Assembly: GCA_963800895.1 (NCBI GenBank)
Contig: CAWDDA010000022.1
Span: 9,243-73,242, forward strand
Length of the DNA stretch: 64,000 nucleotides
Source of the DNA: an uncultured Acidobacteriota bacterium
GTDB lineage: Bacteria > Acidobacteriota > Blastocatellia > RBC074
Direction: 5' to 3'
In this document: in pieces, positions 10,386 to 18,855 of the stretch
How the letters are laid out: each line of letters begins with the position of its first letter
Numbering within the stretch: the stretch's first letter is position 1
The notes under the pieces: model-generated
What the model was told of the DNA's origin: nothing
The model's database searches: none
The model's input: only the letters and a program-made list of their open reading frames with translations
Made by a program: the position numbers and the translations under genes

Positions 10386-12027
10386 ATGATGGTCATGGGG
10401 ATCAAGGCGGATCGGCGCACATTCCTGAAACTTTCGTCGGGAGCCGGCGCGCCGGCGCTGGGCGGCTTGGGCGCGCCTGCCGGCGCGGGCGCAGGCCGGC
10501 TCGACGCTGACCGTCGCCTGGGACACCGACATCGACAGCCTCGACCCGCACGTCTTCAAGTCGGTCGGCGGCTATGCCGTGCAGTGCAACCTCTACGACC
10601 CGATCGTCTCGTGGAAGGTGCGGCCGGTCGAGGGCACCAAGGGCCTGTCGCGCTCCTTCCCCAACGAGTTCGAGGGCAGCCTCGCCGAATCCTGGACCTT
10701 CGAGCGCGACGGCGCGACGATCGTGCTGAAGGTCCGGCCGGGCATGAAGTTCCCGAGCGGCCGGCCGGTCGATGCCGCGGCGCTCAAGTATTCGCTCGAC
10801 CGCGCGCTGCAGTCGCCGGGCTACATGCGGTTCATCATGCCGCGCATGATCCAGGTCTCCAAGCCGGAGGAGATCGTGGTGCGCGATCCATGCACCATCG
10901 CCCTCGACATGAAGGGGCCGACGCCGCAGCACGATGGTGCTGAACTTCCTGTCGCTGATGACCATCACCGCGCTCGATCCCGAGCTGGTGAAGCCGAACG
11001 CGACCGAGAAGGACCCGTGGGCCGCCGACTGGGCCAAGCGCAATGCCGGCGGGCTCCGGCCCCTACACGCTCGCCGCCAACACGCCGGGCGTCGAGGTCG
11101 TGCTCGAGGCGCGCAAGGACCATTGGCGCGGCAAGCCCGCGTTCCAGAAGATCGTCCTGAAGTTCGTGCCCAACGAGGCCGACCGCGTGCTGCTGCTGAA
11201 GCGCAAGGCGGTCGACCTGGTGATCGGCCGGCCGGGCCTGTCGCCGCGCAACATCAAGACCTTCGAGAACGAGAAGGACTTCCGCATCGTCACGGTGCCG
11301 GACACGACCTGCCACTGGCTGGCGATGAACCAGACCAAGAAGCCGCTCGACAACGTCAAGGTGCGGCAGGCGATCAACTACGCCATCCCGATCGCCGCGA
11401 TCGTGCCCAACGTGCTGATGGGCTACGGCTCGGCCATGAAGTCGCCGGTGCCGGCGCTGACGCCCGGCCACGACGCCAACCTCTCGCCCTACAAGTACGA
11501 TCTCGACAAGGCGCAAGGCGCTGATGAAGGAGGCCGGCGTCACCACGCCGGTCACGCTCGACCTCGCCGTGCGCATCGGCTGGCAGCCGCACGAGGAGGC
11601 CGCGGTGTGGATCCAGCGCGAGCTCGAGAAGATCGGCTTCAAGATCAACATCACGCGCCAGACCGACGCCACCTTCCGCCAGCTCGCCACCAAGGGCGAC
11701 TTGCAGCTTTCGATCGAGACCTGGCAGTCGTGGGTGAACGATCCGTTCTTCCACATGGTGCCGCTGTTCCATTCGACCTCGAAGGGCACCAACACGGCGT
11801 TCTACAGCAACCCGGCCCTGGACAAGATCCTCGACGAGAACTACCACGAGCCCAACGCCGAGAAGCGCCTGGCGGCCGCCAGGGCAGCCCAGAAGATCGT
11901 CATCGACGACGCCGTCTGGGGCATGCTCTGGTACGACAACTGGACGCGCGTGATGCGCAACGACCTGGTCGGCGTCGAGAAGCGCTGGGACACCTTCGAG
12001 CGCTTCACGTCGCTCAAGACCGGCTGA
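10386..12027 (+). pseudogene. ABC transporter substrate-binding protein (family 5, peptide/nickel type) with Tat signal, four +1 frame breaks
   Basis: GGAGGG RBS; MMVMGIKADRRTFLKLSSGAGA (twin-arginine motif). The reading frame steps 0>1>2>0>1 near 10490, 10925, 11050 and 11515, and each segment is typical SBP_bac_5 sequence (...AESWTFERDGATIVLKVRPGMKFPSGRPVDAAALKYSLDR...; ...HWLAMNQTKKPLDNVKVRQAINYAI...; ...AFYSNPALDKILDE...). Confidence 0.8.
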
Positions 12028-12042
12028 ACGGCAGCCAGCACG

Positions 12043-12556
12043 GTGGGTTTCCTCGGTTACTTCCTGCGCCGACTGTCGCTCGTCATCCCGACCCTGCTGG
12101 GCGTGACCATCATCACGTTCACGCTCACCTATGTCCTGCCGGGCAATCCGGCGGTCGTGAAGGCGGGGCCGCTGGTCTCGCCCGAAGTGGTGAAGGAGCT
12201 GGAGAAGGAGATGGGCCTCGACCAGCCGGCCTGGGTGCAATACTGGCGCTACATCTCGGGCGTCGCGCGCGGCGATCTCGGCCAGAGCTCGTCGACCGGA
12301 CGGCCGGTGCTGGAGGATTTCAGGCAGCGCCTGCCGGCGACGCTCGAGCTCACCCTGGCGAGCCTGCTGATCGCCCTCGTCATCGGCATCCCGCTCGGCG
12401 TGCAATCGGCCGTCCATCGCGACACCGCGATCGACCATATCGGCCGCATCGTCGGCGTCGCGGGCGTCGCCATGCCGACCTTCTGGACCGGCCTGCTGGC
12501 GCTCTACGTCTTCTTCTATCTGCTGGGCGTCGCGCCGCCGCCGTTGGGGCGATTGG
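12043..12556 (+). pseudogene. ABC transporter permease (DppB/OppB-like), 3'-truncated at the block junction
   Basis: MGFLGYFLRRLSLVIPTLLGVTIITFTLTYVLPGNPA...LELTLASLLIALVIGIPLGV...FWTGLLALYVFFYLLGVAPPPLGRL. Permease sequence ends abruptly at ~12,556, about halfway through a normal ~310-aa protein. Confidence 0.8.
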
Positions 12557-12570
12557 CAAGCGGTCACTCA
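12550..12570. other. Breakpoint between two unrelated sequence blocks
   Basis: A truncated permease gene abuts the interior of a PpiD-like gene. Composition, gene phylogenetic flavour, frame-break density and repeat content all change at this point. Confidence 0.8.
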
Positions 12571-14108
12571 GACTTCGAGGTGAAGACATCGGTCAGTACG
12601 AGGCCAATCTCAGGAAAGCCGCTGCTCTCACACGATTCCGCGTTTACCTCACATCAGCTGAACAGGTATCGGACCGTGAAATTGAGCGGACGTTCAAACA
12701 CGACAACACCAAGGTTGAAGTCTCCTACGCCATAATTGATCTCGAAAAGGTCCGCAGCAAGTTCAATCCGAATGATGCGGAGCTGCTCGCGTATTACGAA
12801 CAGCATAAGGATAAGTTCAAAGCTAACGAGACCGTAAGGAAAGTTGATTACATCTTCATCCCGACCGATGAAGTCGCGAAGACTCTCAAGTTCACCGATG
12901 AAGAGCTCAAGGCGCAGTACGATCAGAACAAGCAATTTGAACCGCGAGCGAGCATCATCAAACTCAACGTTCTCACGCCCAATGATGAAACGACTGTCAA
13001 AGCAAAAATAGATCAACTCAGCCAGAGAGTTCGGGGAGCTCCAGGCATTCCGGCAGAGGATTTTGCTGCAGTCGCCAAGGGCAATTCTCAGGATCCCTCA
13101 GCAGCCAAAGGCGGTGATCTGGGCTTTATAAAGAAGGAGCCCAACAACACTCAGGACTGGAAGCAGCGCGCCCACAACATTGAGCCGGGCAATATCGACG
13201 GACCGTTCCGTCATGGCAGTGCCTATTACATTATGAAGGTCACTGAGAAACGCGAAGTTCCTTTCGCGGCCATGAGAGCGACTGTCGAGGCTGGGCATCG
13301 CAATCGTCAGGGTTTCGCAAAGGCATCACAGATAGCGGACAAAGCTTACGAGAAGGCCACCGAATATAAGGACCTCAAGAAAGCCGCCGAGGAGATAGCG
13401 AAGGAACTCAACATTGGGGTCGACAAAGTATTCCGGACTACTCCTTTCTTCAAGAATGGCGATTCACTTCCGGGTTGGGGCAATGTCCCGCAGTTTGAAT
13501 CGACTGTTTCTGAGCTGAAGAAGGGGGAGATCGGTGACAAGGTCGCAATTCCCGACGGTCACGCGATTCCGCAGGTGGTTGACGAGAGAACGAACGGAGC
13601 GCAGCTGACATTTGATGAAGCGCGTAATCAGGTTGAACAGGAATTGCGCAAAGAACGCGAGCCGGACGTCGCGAAACAACGCGCAACCGAGATCGTTACC
13701 ACAGCCAAGACTCCTGCAGAATTCGCGTCAATGTTGAAGGCCGAAGGAATCGAGACGAAGACGAGCACCAATCTTGATAATCTTCAGGCGCCTGGTGCGG
13801 CTTCGGGTGGACTGCAGTTGTTGCAACAGGCAAGGACCACCGTCATCAATCTCAAGGAAGGCGAGATCTCCCAGATCCCAATAAAGTGGGGAGCAGGATA
13901 TCTGATCTTCGCGGCTACCAAGCGAACCGAACCTGATATGTCCAAGCTCACAACGGACCGGGAAGCGCTTCGCACGAAGATCCTGCAGGAGCGTCAGATG
14001 GCGGTCTATGACAGTTACATCAAGGCTGCCCGCAAACGCTACGAGCAGGACGGCTCTCTCAAGATCTACCAGGACCGGATCGACAATTTCCTGAATTCAG
14101 GACAGTAG
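12557..14108 (+). pseudogene. PpiD/SurA-like periplasmic peptidyl-prolyl isomerase, 5'-truncated at the junction
   Basis: The C-terminal ~515 aa of tracked ORF 11043-14108. It contains a parvulin core, AAVAKGNSQDPSAAKGGDLGFIKK...GPFRHGSAYYIMKVTEKRE, flanked by chaperone-type helical regions. No N-terminal TM or start is present. Confidence 0.8.
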
Positions 14109-14109
14109 C

Positions 14110-14256
14110 GAAGAAGGGGGTCGGGGGTCGGGGACCAGGGGTCGGGGTATGGAGTTCAAGCTTTAGCTTGCTGCTTCCAACCGAGCTATCGAAGAGCAAG
14201 CTAAAGCTTGAACTCCGTACCCCGACCCCTGGTCCCCGACCCCCGACCCCTTCTTC
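14110..14256. repeat. Heptamer-armed hairpin element E1 (G-rich arms + conserved core)
   Basis: GAAGAAGGGGGTCGGGGGTCGGGGACCAGGGGTCGGGGTAT-GGAGTTCAAGCTTTAGCTTGCT-22 nt loop-AGCAAGCTAAAGCTTGAACTCC-complement of the left arm. It lies between two convergent stop codons (14106-08 and 14259-61). Confidence 0.95.
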
Positions 14257-14258
14257 AT

Positions 14259-15275
14259 TCACTTCGCCAGCTGGTCGATTACCGCTGATGGGATCTTGAG
14301 GGTCAGCGTGACGTCGCTTGCTTCAGTCGCGATCTTTACCTGATCGAGCAGCTTCGCCCCCGTTTCGAACCGTGGGTCCTGATTACCCGAAAGAAATGAC
14401 TTCCCTAGAAATACCAGGCTCTTCAGACTGTCCTGCATCTGGATGGCGTGTTCCTTCGAGGCGGTGCGCAGGCGTGAATCGATGAGACCATCTTTCTCAG
14501 GCGTGAGATCAATGGTCCCAAAGATGACTTTCACAGCAGCCAGCTGCTCGAAAAGCTCACCCTGACTCTTAAGCACCTCGCGCAGCCCTTCGGGAAGCGT
14601 AAGACCAAAACGCATGAGCGCTGTCGTCCGTGTTTCTTTTAGCGCAGCAATCTGAGCCTCATTCGATTTGCCGGCTCCTTCGACAGGATGGAGCACAGCA
14701 GTGACTCCTTGAGTGTCCCCGACAACTACCCTTTGTGGACCGAGCGATGCAATAACCAGTTCGGCATCTTTTACTGGAGCCTGAGTGGGATTTGCGGGGT
14801 CGGCCGGTTTGAACCTGGTCAGGCGATACGCTGATTTGCCTTGAAGATCGAGAGTGTCGAACTGCCACTTCGCGGCTGCGGCCGACGTTTGAAGCCGTTT
14901 GACATCGAGCGCGACACCGTCAGCGATGAGTACTCCGCCACGCACGTTGATACCTTCCATCCTTAGTCCGATCAAAGTGGCTGTGACCTTGAGTGGATCG
15001 ATACCCGCCTTCTCCATGAAGGATTCGATGTCCTGGACGAGCTTTGAGACCCCTCCCGTCTGAATTGTTCTGAGGCGAGGTAAGAGATCTCGTGTCGCGC
15101 CGGGCAGATCGAGTGACGCTACGAGGTTCGACGGGGGAAGAAGCGCTGCCAACTCATCGAGTGTTCGTGTCGCAGCCGGTGGGACCGCAGCCTGAGGTCC
15201 TGTGACAGATTTCGATGTGGGATAAGAGAAAAGACCCACCGAAAGAATTGCTAAGAGAACAATCTGTTTGGGCAT
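14259..15275 (-). CDS. Hypothetical secreted protein
   Basis: The internal start MPKQIVLLAILSVGLFSYP gives a signal peptide. The ORF is long and uninterrupted, and I recognise no domain. Confidence 0.65.
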   Translation of the reverse strand: MPKQIVLLAILSVGLFSYPTSKSVTGPQAAVPPAATRTLDELAALLPPSNLVASLDLPGATRDLLPRLRTIQTGGVSKLVQDIESFMEKAGIDPLKVTATLIGLRMEGINVRGGVLIADGVALDVKRLQTSAAAAKWQFDTLDLQGKSAYRLTRFKPADPANPTQAPVKDAELVIASLGPQRVVVGDTQGVTAVLHPVEGAGKSNEAQIAALKETRTTALMRFGLTLPEGLREVLKSQGELFEQLAAVKVIFGTIDLTPEKDGLIDSRLRTASKEHAIQMQDSLKSLVFLGKSFLSGNQDPRFETGAKLLDQVKIATEASDVTLTLKIPSAVIDQLAK

Positions 15276-15364
15276 TGATTCAATCTCTCCATTTAGCGAC
15301 CTTGACAGTTGCACGAACCGGGAAGTACTTTCCAATTATAGCAGAACGCGATGGATAGATATCG

Positions 15365-15934
15365 ATGAGGGCTGCAGACACCGGGCGAAACGCATCGAAG
15401 GGCGGGCGCTCAGAAGAACACCTTTGGATGGTCGCACTTTACGAAGAGGAAGAGCGCACGGCGGAACTGCTCGACCGGCTGGCGGCCCTTGGGATTGACA
15501 CCAGCGAAGCGAGCATCGTTCGGGTTGAGCTAAGTCACACTGCGGAGACCGCTAAGCCATTTCCTTCCATCGCACCGATTACCCCAAAGTCCGTCGCTCC
15601 AACGGCGCGAAACTCTATTACAGGCGGGGTTCTGGGAAGCGCTGTGGGACTCGTTGCCGGAATTTTTGTTTACGCATCCGCCGCTGTACGGTTACCGCTT
15701 CCTGACAGAATGTTCGTTTACGCTTTCGTGTCGGCAATCTTGGGAGGCCTGTTGGGAGGAGTTAGCGGTGCTATATGGAGTGCGCTCGGACGGAATGTTC
15801 AGGCTAACGAGATTATTCGGAGGATTCCCCCCGATCGTGACGGGTTTCTGGTTGCAGTGAAGATGCGGCCTCAGATTGCGGAACAGGCCGAAGAGATTGC
15901 CCGCCGCCTTGGTGCCAAGGAGGTTCTCCTTTGA
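15365..15934 (+). CDS. Hypothetical membrane protein with glycine-rich TM segments (start may be 15428)
   Basis: Soluble N-terminal part (MVALYEEEERTAELLDRLAALGIDTSEASIVRV), then GGVLGSAVGLVAGIFVY and AILGGLLGGVSGAIW helices. Confidence 0.5.
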   Translation: MRAADTGRNASKGGRSEEHLWMVALYEEEERTAELLDRLAALGIDTSEASIVRVELSHTAETAKPFPSIAPITPKSVAPTARNSITGGVLGSAVGLVAGIFVYASAAVRLPLPDRMFVYAFVSAILGGLLGGVSGAIWSALGRNVQANEIIRRIPPDRDGFLVAVKMRPQIAEQAEEIARRLGAKEVLL

Positions 15935-15956
15935 ATTGCGATCCTTTGAGCTTCAA

Positions 15957-17102
15957 GTGGCTGAATACGATGTCATTGTCGTAGGGGCTGGACCAGCCGG
16001 CTCGAGCCTTGCCGCGCGGCTTGCAGCAACGGGGATTCGGGTTCTTCTGGCAGATCAAAGCCGTTTCCCTCGTGCCAAGCTATGCGGCGAATTCATCAGT
16101 CCGGAATGCATTGGAAAGCTTTCAGACCTGGGTGTCCTTGACAGTGTCATCGCTGCTGGCGCACAGCCTATAACGCAGATGACTCTGTATGCTTCAGACG
16201 GAAAGTTTGTATCTCTGCCAATGAACTGGCTCGCTGACGGCACTGGACCTGGCCTGGGTCTTTCCCGATTGCGCCTGGACTCTATACTGCTCAATCGGGC
16301 GAAAGAGGCTGGTGCAGAGGTGCGCGAAGGGCTTCGGATTTCATCATCGCCCTTGCAGACACGGGCTGGATGGAAAGAGGTCAAAGCGACTCATTCGGGC
16401 GACCTGTCGTCCGAGCGACTGAGAGCTCAGATAGTCGTCGATGCATCGGGCCGGTCGGCGGCCCTGAGCAGCGGATCACGAGTTGCCCGCGGTGGCAGGC
16501 TTTTTGGTTGCAAGGTGCATCTCACTGGCGTTGAAATTGACGCCCAAACCGGAAGCTTGTTCTTTTTTGAGAACGGCTATGGAGGCATCGTTCGGGTCGA
16601 AGACGGCTACGCAAACTTGTGTATGCTACTAAGCGAACGAGCTTTTCAACAGGCAGGCGGCGATCGGAAAGCGCTAATGGAAAACACGATTCTTCGAAAT
16701 CCGGCGGCGTCCGAGATGTTGAGCGGTACACGTGTTGCTAGTGCGTGGTTGGGCACTGGTCCTGTGCGATTTGGCCGCCAGCCTCCTGTTTCCGGAGTTA
16801 TTGCGGCGGGAGATGCCCATGCATTTATAGATCCCTTTACGGGCAGCGGGATTCTTCTTGCTCTCGAGAGTGCGGAATTGATAGCGCAGTCAATTATTCG
16901 CGGGTTCAAGAAGAAGAGCCCGGATGTCAATTTCATCGAGCGCGATTGCGAGACTGCAAGCAGGACGGCATTTTCAAGAAGGCTCCGCGCGTCATCCGTA
17001 TGGAGGAGAGTTGCCGATAATCCTGCGGCGCGCGAGGCGTTTCGAGCCATTATTGCGCGAGTTCCGAGTCTTGCGAGGGCGGTCGCCAGAAGTACGAGGT
17101 GA
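15957..17102 (+). CDS. FAD-dependent oxidoreductase (geranylgeranyl reductase-like family)
   Basis: A GTG start gives VAEYDVIVVGAGPAGSSLAARLAATGIRVLLADQSRFPRAKLCGEF (Rossmann GxGxxG, with the C-G-E motif typical of this family). A later GD motif is AAGDAHAFIDPFTGSGI. Confidence 0.8.
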   Translation: MAEYDVIVVGAGPAGSSLAARLAATGIRVLLADQSRFPRAKLCGEFISPECIGKLSDLGVLDSVIAAGAQPITQMTLYASDGKFVSLPMNWLADGTGPGLGLSRLRLDSILLNRAKEAGAEVREGLRISSSPLQTRAGWKEVKATHSGDLSSERLRAQIVVDASGRSAALSSGSRVARGGRLFGCKVHLTGVEIDAQTGSLFFFENGYGGIVRVEDGYANLCMLLSERAFQQAGGDRKALMENTILRNPAASEMLSGTRVASAWLGTGPVRFGRQPPVSGVIAAGDAHAFIDPFTGSGILLALESAELIAQSIIRGFKKKSPDVNFIERDCETASRTAFSRRLRASSVWRRVADNPAAREAFRAIIARVPSLARAVARSTR

Positions 17103-17113
17103 GCTGAGGCATG

Positions 17114-17182
17114 ACGTTCAAAGCTTCAGCTTTCCTCCTGTTCAGGCGAGCTAACCAACCAGCAAGCTATAGTTTGAAACTC
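17114..17182. repeat. Decayed copy of the conserved core hairpin
   Basis: GTTCAAAGCTTCAGCTT...AGCAAGCTATAGTTTGAAAC resembles GGAGTTCAAGCTTTAGCTT...AGCAAGCTAAAGCTTGAACTCC. It has several substitutions and no heptamer arms. Confidence 0.5.
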
Positions 17183-17287
17183 TATGTGTCCACTCCCTGA
17201 TTGATTTAGCGAATAAAGTGGATTACGATTCGTGACGTTGAAGCATCCTTCGAAAGGCGCATCACTTTTTACCCATTACAATCAGGC

Positions 17288-18853
17288 ATGAGTGAAGTCT
17301 GCCCAAATTGCAAGACCCCGCTACCGAGCCCGGACACTCGATTCTGTAATCAGTGTGGCCACGATTTTCGGCCGGGCACCGAAGAAGTGGAGCAGCTCAA
17401 ATCCGAGGACGTGTTCGAGACCAGTTCAGTCGAAGGACCGGCGGCCGCGCCGGCGGCATCCTTGCGGATTCTGCTCCGCGATGGTGGCGTGATCGAACGC
17501 CAGCTCGCGAAGGCAGAGACGACAATCGGCAAGGGCCCTCAGAACGACATAACACTTGCTGATCCGGCTGTATCCACCTCTCATGCGGCGATTCGCTTTG
17601 AGGCACAAGGCTATACGATTGTTGACCTTGGCAGCCGCAACGGCACGTTCGTGAATGATGCCAAACTTGAGGCTCCACGAGCCCTCGCTCACGGTGATGT
17701 CATTCGCATGGGGCGTTGTTCGCTGACCTACCGTCTGGCTCATGCCAGCGAGACCGCCGTGCTTGCACCGGCCGCAGTTGCTGCCATCGTCCAAAGCACC
17801 CAAGTGCGCGTGACCCAGGACGCACTTGCCAGTGCGGTGGTTGCCGCCGGGCTGAGTGATGAAGCTACCATCAAGGGCCTTCGCTCACGCCATCCATCAG
17901 GAGGAAGTCTGGTCAAGGCTCTGGTCGAAGAGCTCAAAATCAGCGATGGTGCTCTTCGCGATCTGATGAGCAGCAAGTTCAGCATTCCTACTGTGGACGT
18001 CTCACTTGCGAAGCTCGATCAAGGCATTACGGCTGCACTCAGTTCATCGGTACTGCGGGACGGTCTGGTCTTTCCCGTTGTTGGAAGACCGGGGCATCTG
18101 ACATTGGTTGTAGCCGATCCCACGGACGACGAGACAATCAAGAAGGTTAAACAAAAGTTCAAAGGCACGGTCGAATTGCGCCTGGCATCGGTCGGCGAGA
18201 TTCGATCAGCTCTTGACGCAGTCTACGCACCGAGGCTGGTCGGGGTGCTTCCGTCAGGCGAAAAGATCGAAGCCTTGTTAACCGAGCCCGAAATCGAGAT
18301 CGGAAAAGCATCGCACAATCAGATTGTGCTGACCCAGCCAACTGTAAGCAACACACATGCAGTCATCCTCGCACGTAACGGAGGGTACAGCATCGTAGAC
18401 CTGGGTAGCAGCAACGGCACCTTCGTGAACGGAGAGCGGCTTGGCGACGAGGCACGCACGCTTCAGCACGGTGACAAGATACAGATCGCGGAAGCGCTTA
18501 TGACGTTCCGGAACCCTTCCGAAACGACAGAGAACAAGACTGCAAGGCTTACACCGGACATACTGGAGGAGGTCCGAAGACGCGCAGGGCTCGGACTTCC
18601 CATCTCGACGACGGCGGTGCCAGTCGCGCGCCCTAAGGCTGTCGATCCGACAAAGCCACAGCTCTCGGAAGAGGAAAAAGAAGAGAAGAAGAAAAAGAAG
18701 AAGAAATCGGACGACAATCGCATAAAGGCCGCACTTATCGGTTCTGCCAGTCGCCTCGTTGCGCAGGTGATTGCAGGAATCGTCACCATTGGAGCGACAA
18801 TCTATCTGCTCAACCCGAATCAGGGAGGCTCAACACCCGACAAGGATACCTAA
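17288..18853 (+). CDS. Zinc-ribbon / FHA / T2SS-E N-terminal-like / FHA / C-terminal TM signalling protein
   Basis: CPNCKTPLPSPDTRFCNQCG (zinc ribbon). Two FHA cores: TIGKGPQNDITLADPAVSTSHAAI...VDLGSRNGTFVN and EIGKASHNQIVLTQPTVSNTHAVI...VDLGSSNGTFVNG. The central segment resembles the GspE/MshE N-terminal domain (LVKALVEELKISDGALRDLMSSKFSIPTVD...). It ends with a poly-Lys run and the TM helix LVAQVIAGIVTIGATIYLL. Confidence 0.85.
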   Translation: MSEVCPNCKTPLPSPDTRFCNQCGHDFRPGTEEVEQLKSEDVFETSSVEGPAAAPAASLRILLRDGGVIERQLAKAETTIGKGPQNDITLADPAVSTSHAAIRFEAQGYTIVDLGSRNGTFVNDAKLEAPRALAHGDVIRMGRCSLTYRLAHASETAVLAPAAVAAIVQSTQVRVTQDALASAVVAAGLSDEATIKGLRSRHPSGGSLVKALVEELKISDGALRDLMSSKFSIPTVDVSLAKLDQGITAALSSSVLRDGLVFPVVGRPGHLTLVVADPTDDETIKKVKQKFKGTVELRLASVGEIRSALDAVYAPRLVGVLPSGEKIEALLTEPEIEIGKASHNQIVLTQPTVSNTHAVILARNGGYSIVDLGSSNGTFVNGERLGDEARTLQHGDKIQIAEALMTFRNPSETTENKTARLTPDILEEVRRRAGLGLPISTTAVPVARPKAVDPTKPQLSEEEKEEKKKKKKKSDDNRIKAALIGSASRLVAQVIAGIVTIGATIYLLNPNQGGSTPDKDT

Positions 18854-18855
18854 CC

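Noticed and set aside
10965-12567. Long minus-strand ORFs (10965-11795 at 276 aa, 11374-12567 at 397 aa) and similar ones at 862-1554, 8939-9751 and 10402-11043
   Set aside because: They lie antisense to recognisable genes in GC-rich DNA. Their peptides are Arg/Ala/Gly/Pro-rich low complexity with no motifs, which is typical of shadow ORFs.
12400-12700. Mobile-element signature (IS end, integrase, att repeat, tRNA) that could explain the block junction as a real insertion
   Set aside because: I found no terminal inverted repeat, no direct repeat and no recombinase gene within several kb on either side. Two internally truncated genes simply abut.
11043-14108. The 1021-aa ORF, the longest plus-strand ORF in this part of the window
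   Set aside because: It is not one protein. Residues 1-160 are genuine binding-protein sequence. The next ~345 are out-of-frame GC-rich read-through of the binding-protein and permease genes (Arg/Ala/Gly/Pro junk). Only the last ~515 aa are a real (PpiD-like) protein from the other block.
14155-14215. HindIII sites (AAGCTT) in the core as a sign of cloning-vector or linker contamination
   Set aside because: The sites occur twice per element in more than eight loci, within a conserved 22-nt context and with locus-specific flanks and loops. They are part of a genomic repeat, not a polylinker.
14110-14256. Interpreting the large elements simply as rho-independent terminators
   Set aside because: None is followed by a U-run. 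The stems are far longer (50-90 bp) than intrinsic terminators, and several touch the next start codon. A termination role, especially between convergent genes, remains possible but does not explain the architecture.
14059-14262. Small ORFs lying inside the hairpin elements (also 36149-36376, 36342-36530, 38004-38234, 32314-32532, 45873-46121 and the N-terminus of 36385-37941)
   Set aside because: Their peptides are translations of the repeats (KLKLELHT from the core; STQHSALSTQHS from GTGCTGA; SGQWSVV from GACCACT). The same peptides appear on both strands, and there are no RBS signals.
18668-18706. The A/G-rich tract encoding EEEKEEKKKKKKKSDD as a programmed frameshift or slippery site
   Set aside because: The reading frame continues normally into a sensible TM anchor, and no alternative-frame product of any length is available. 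It is simply a charged linker.
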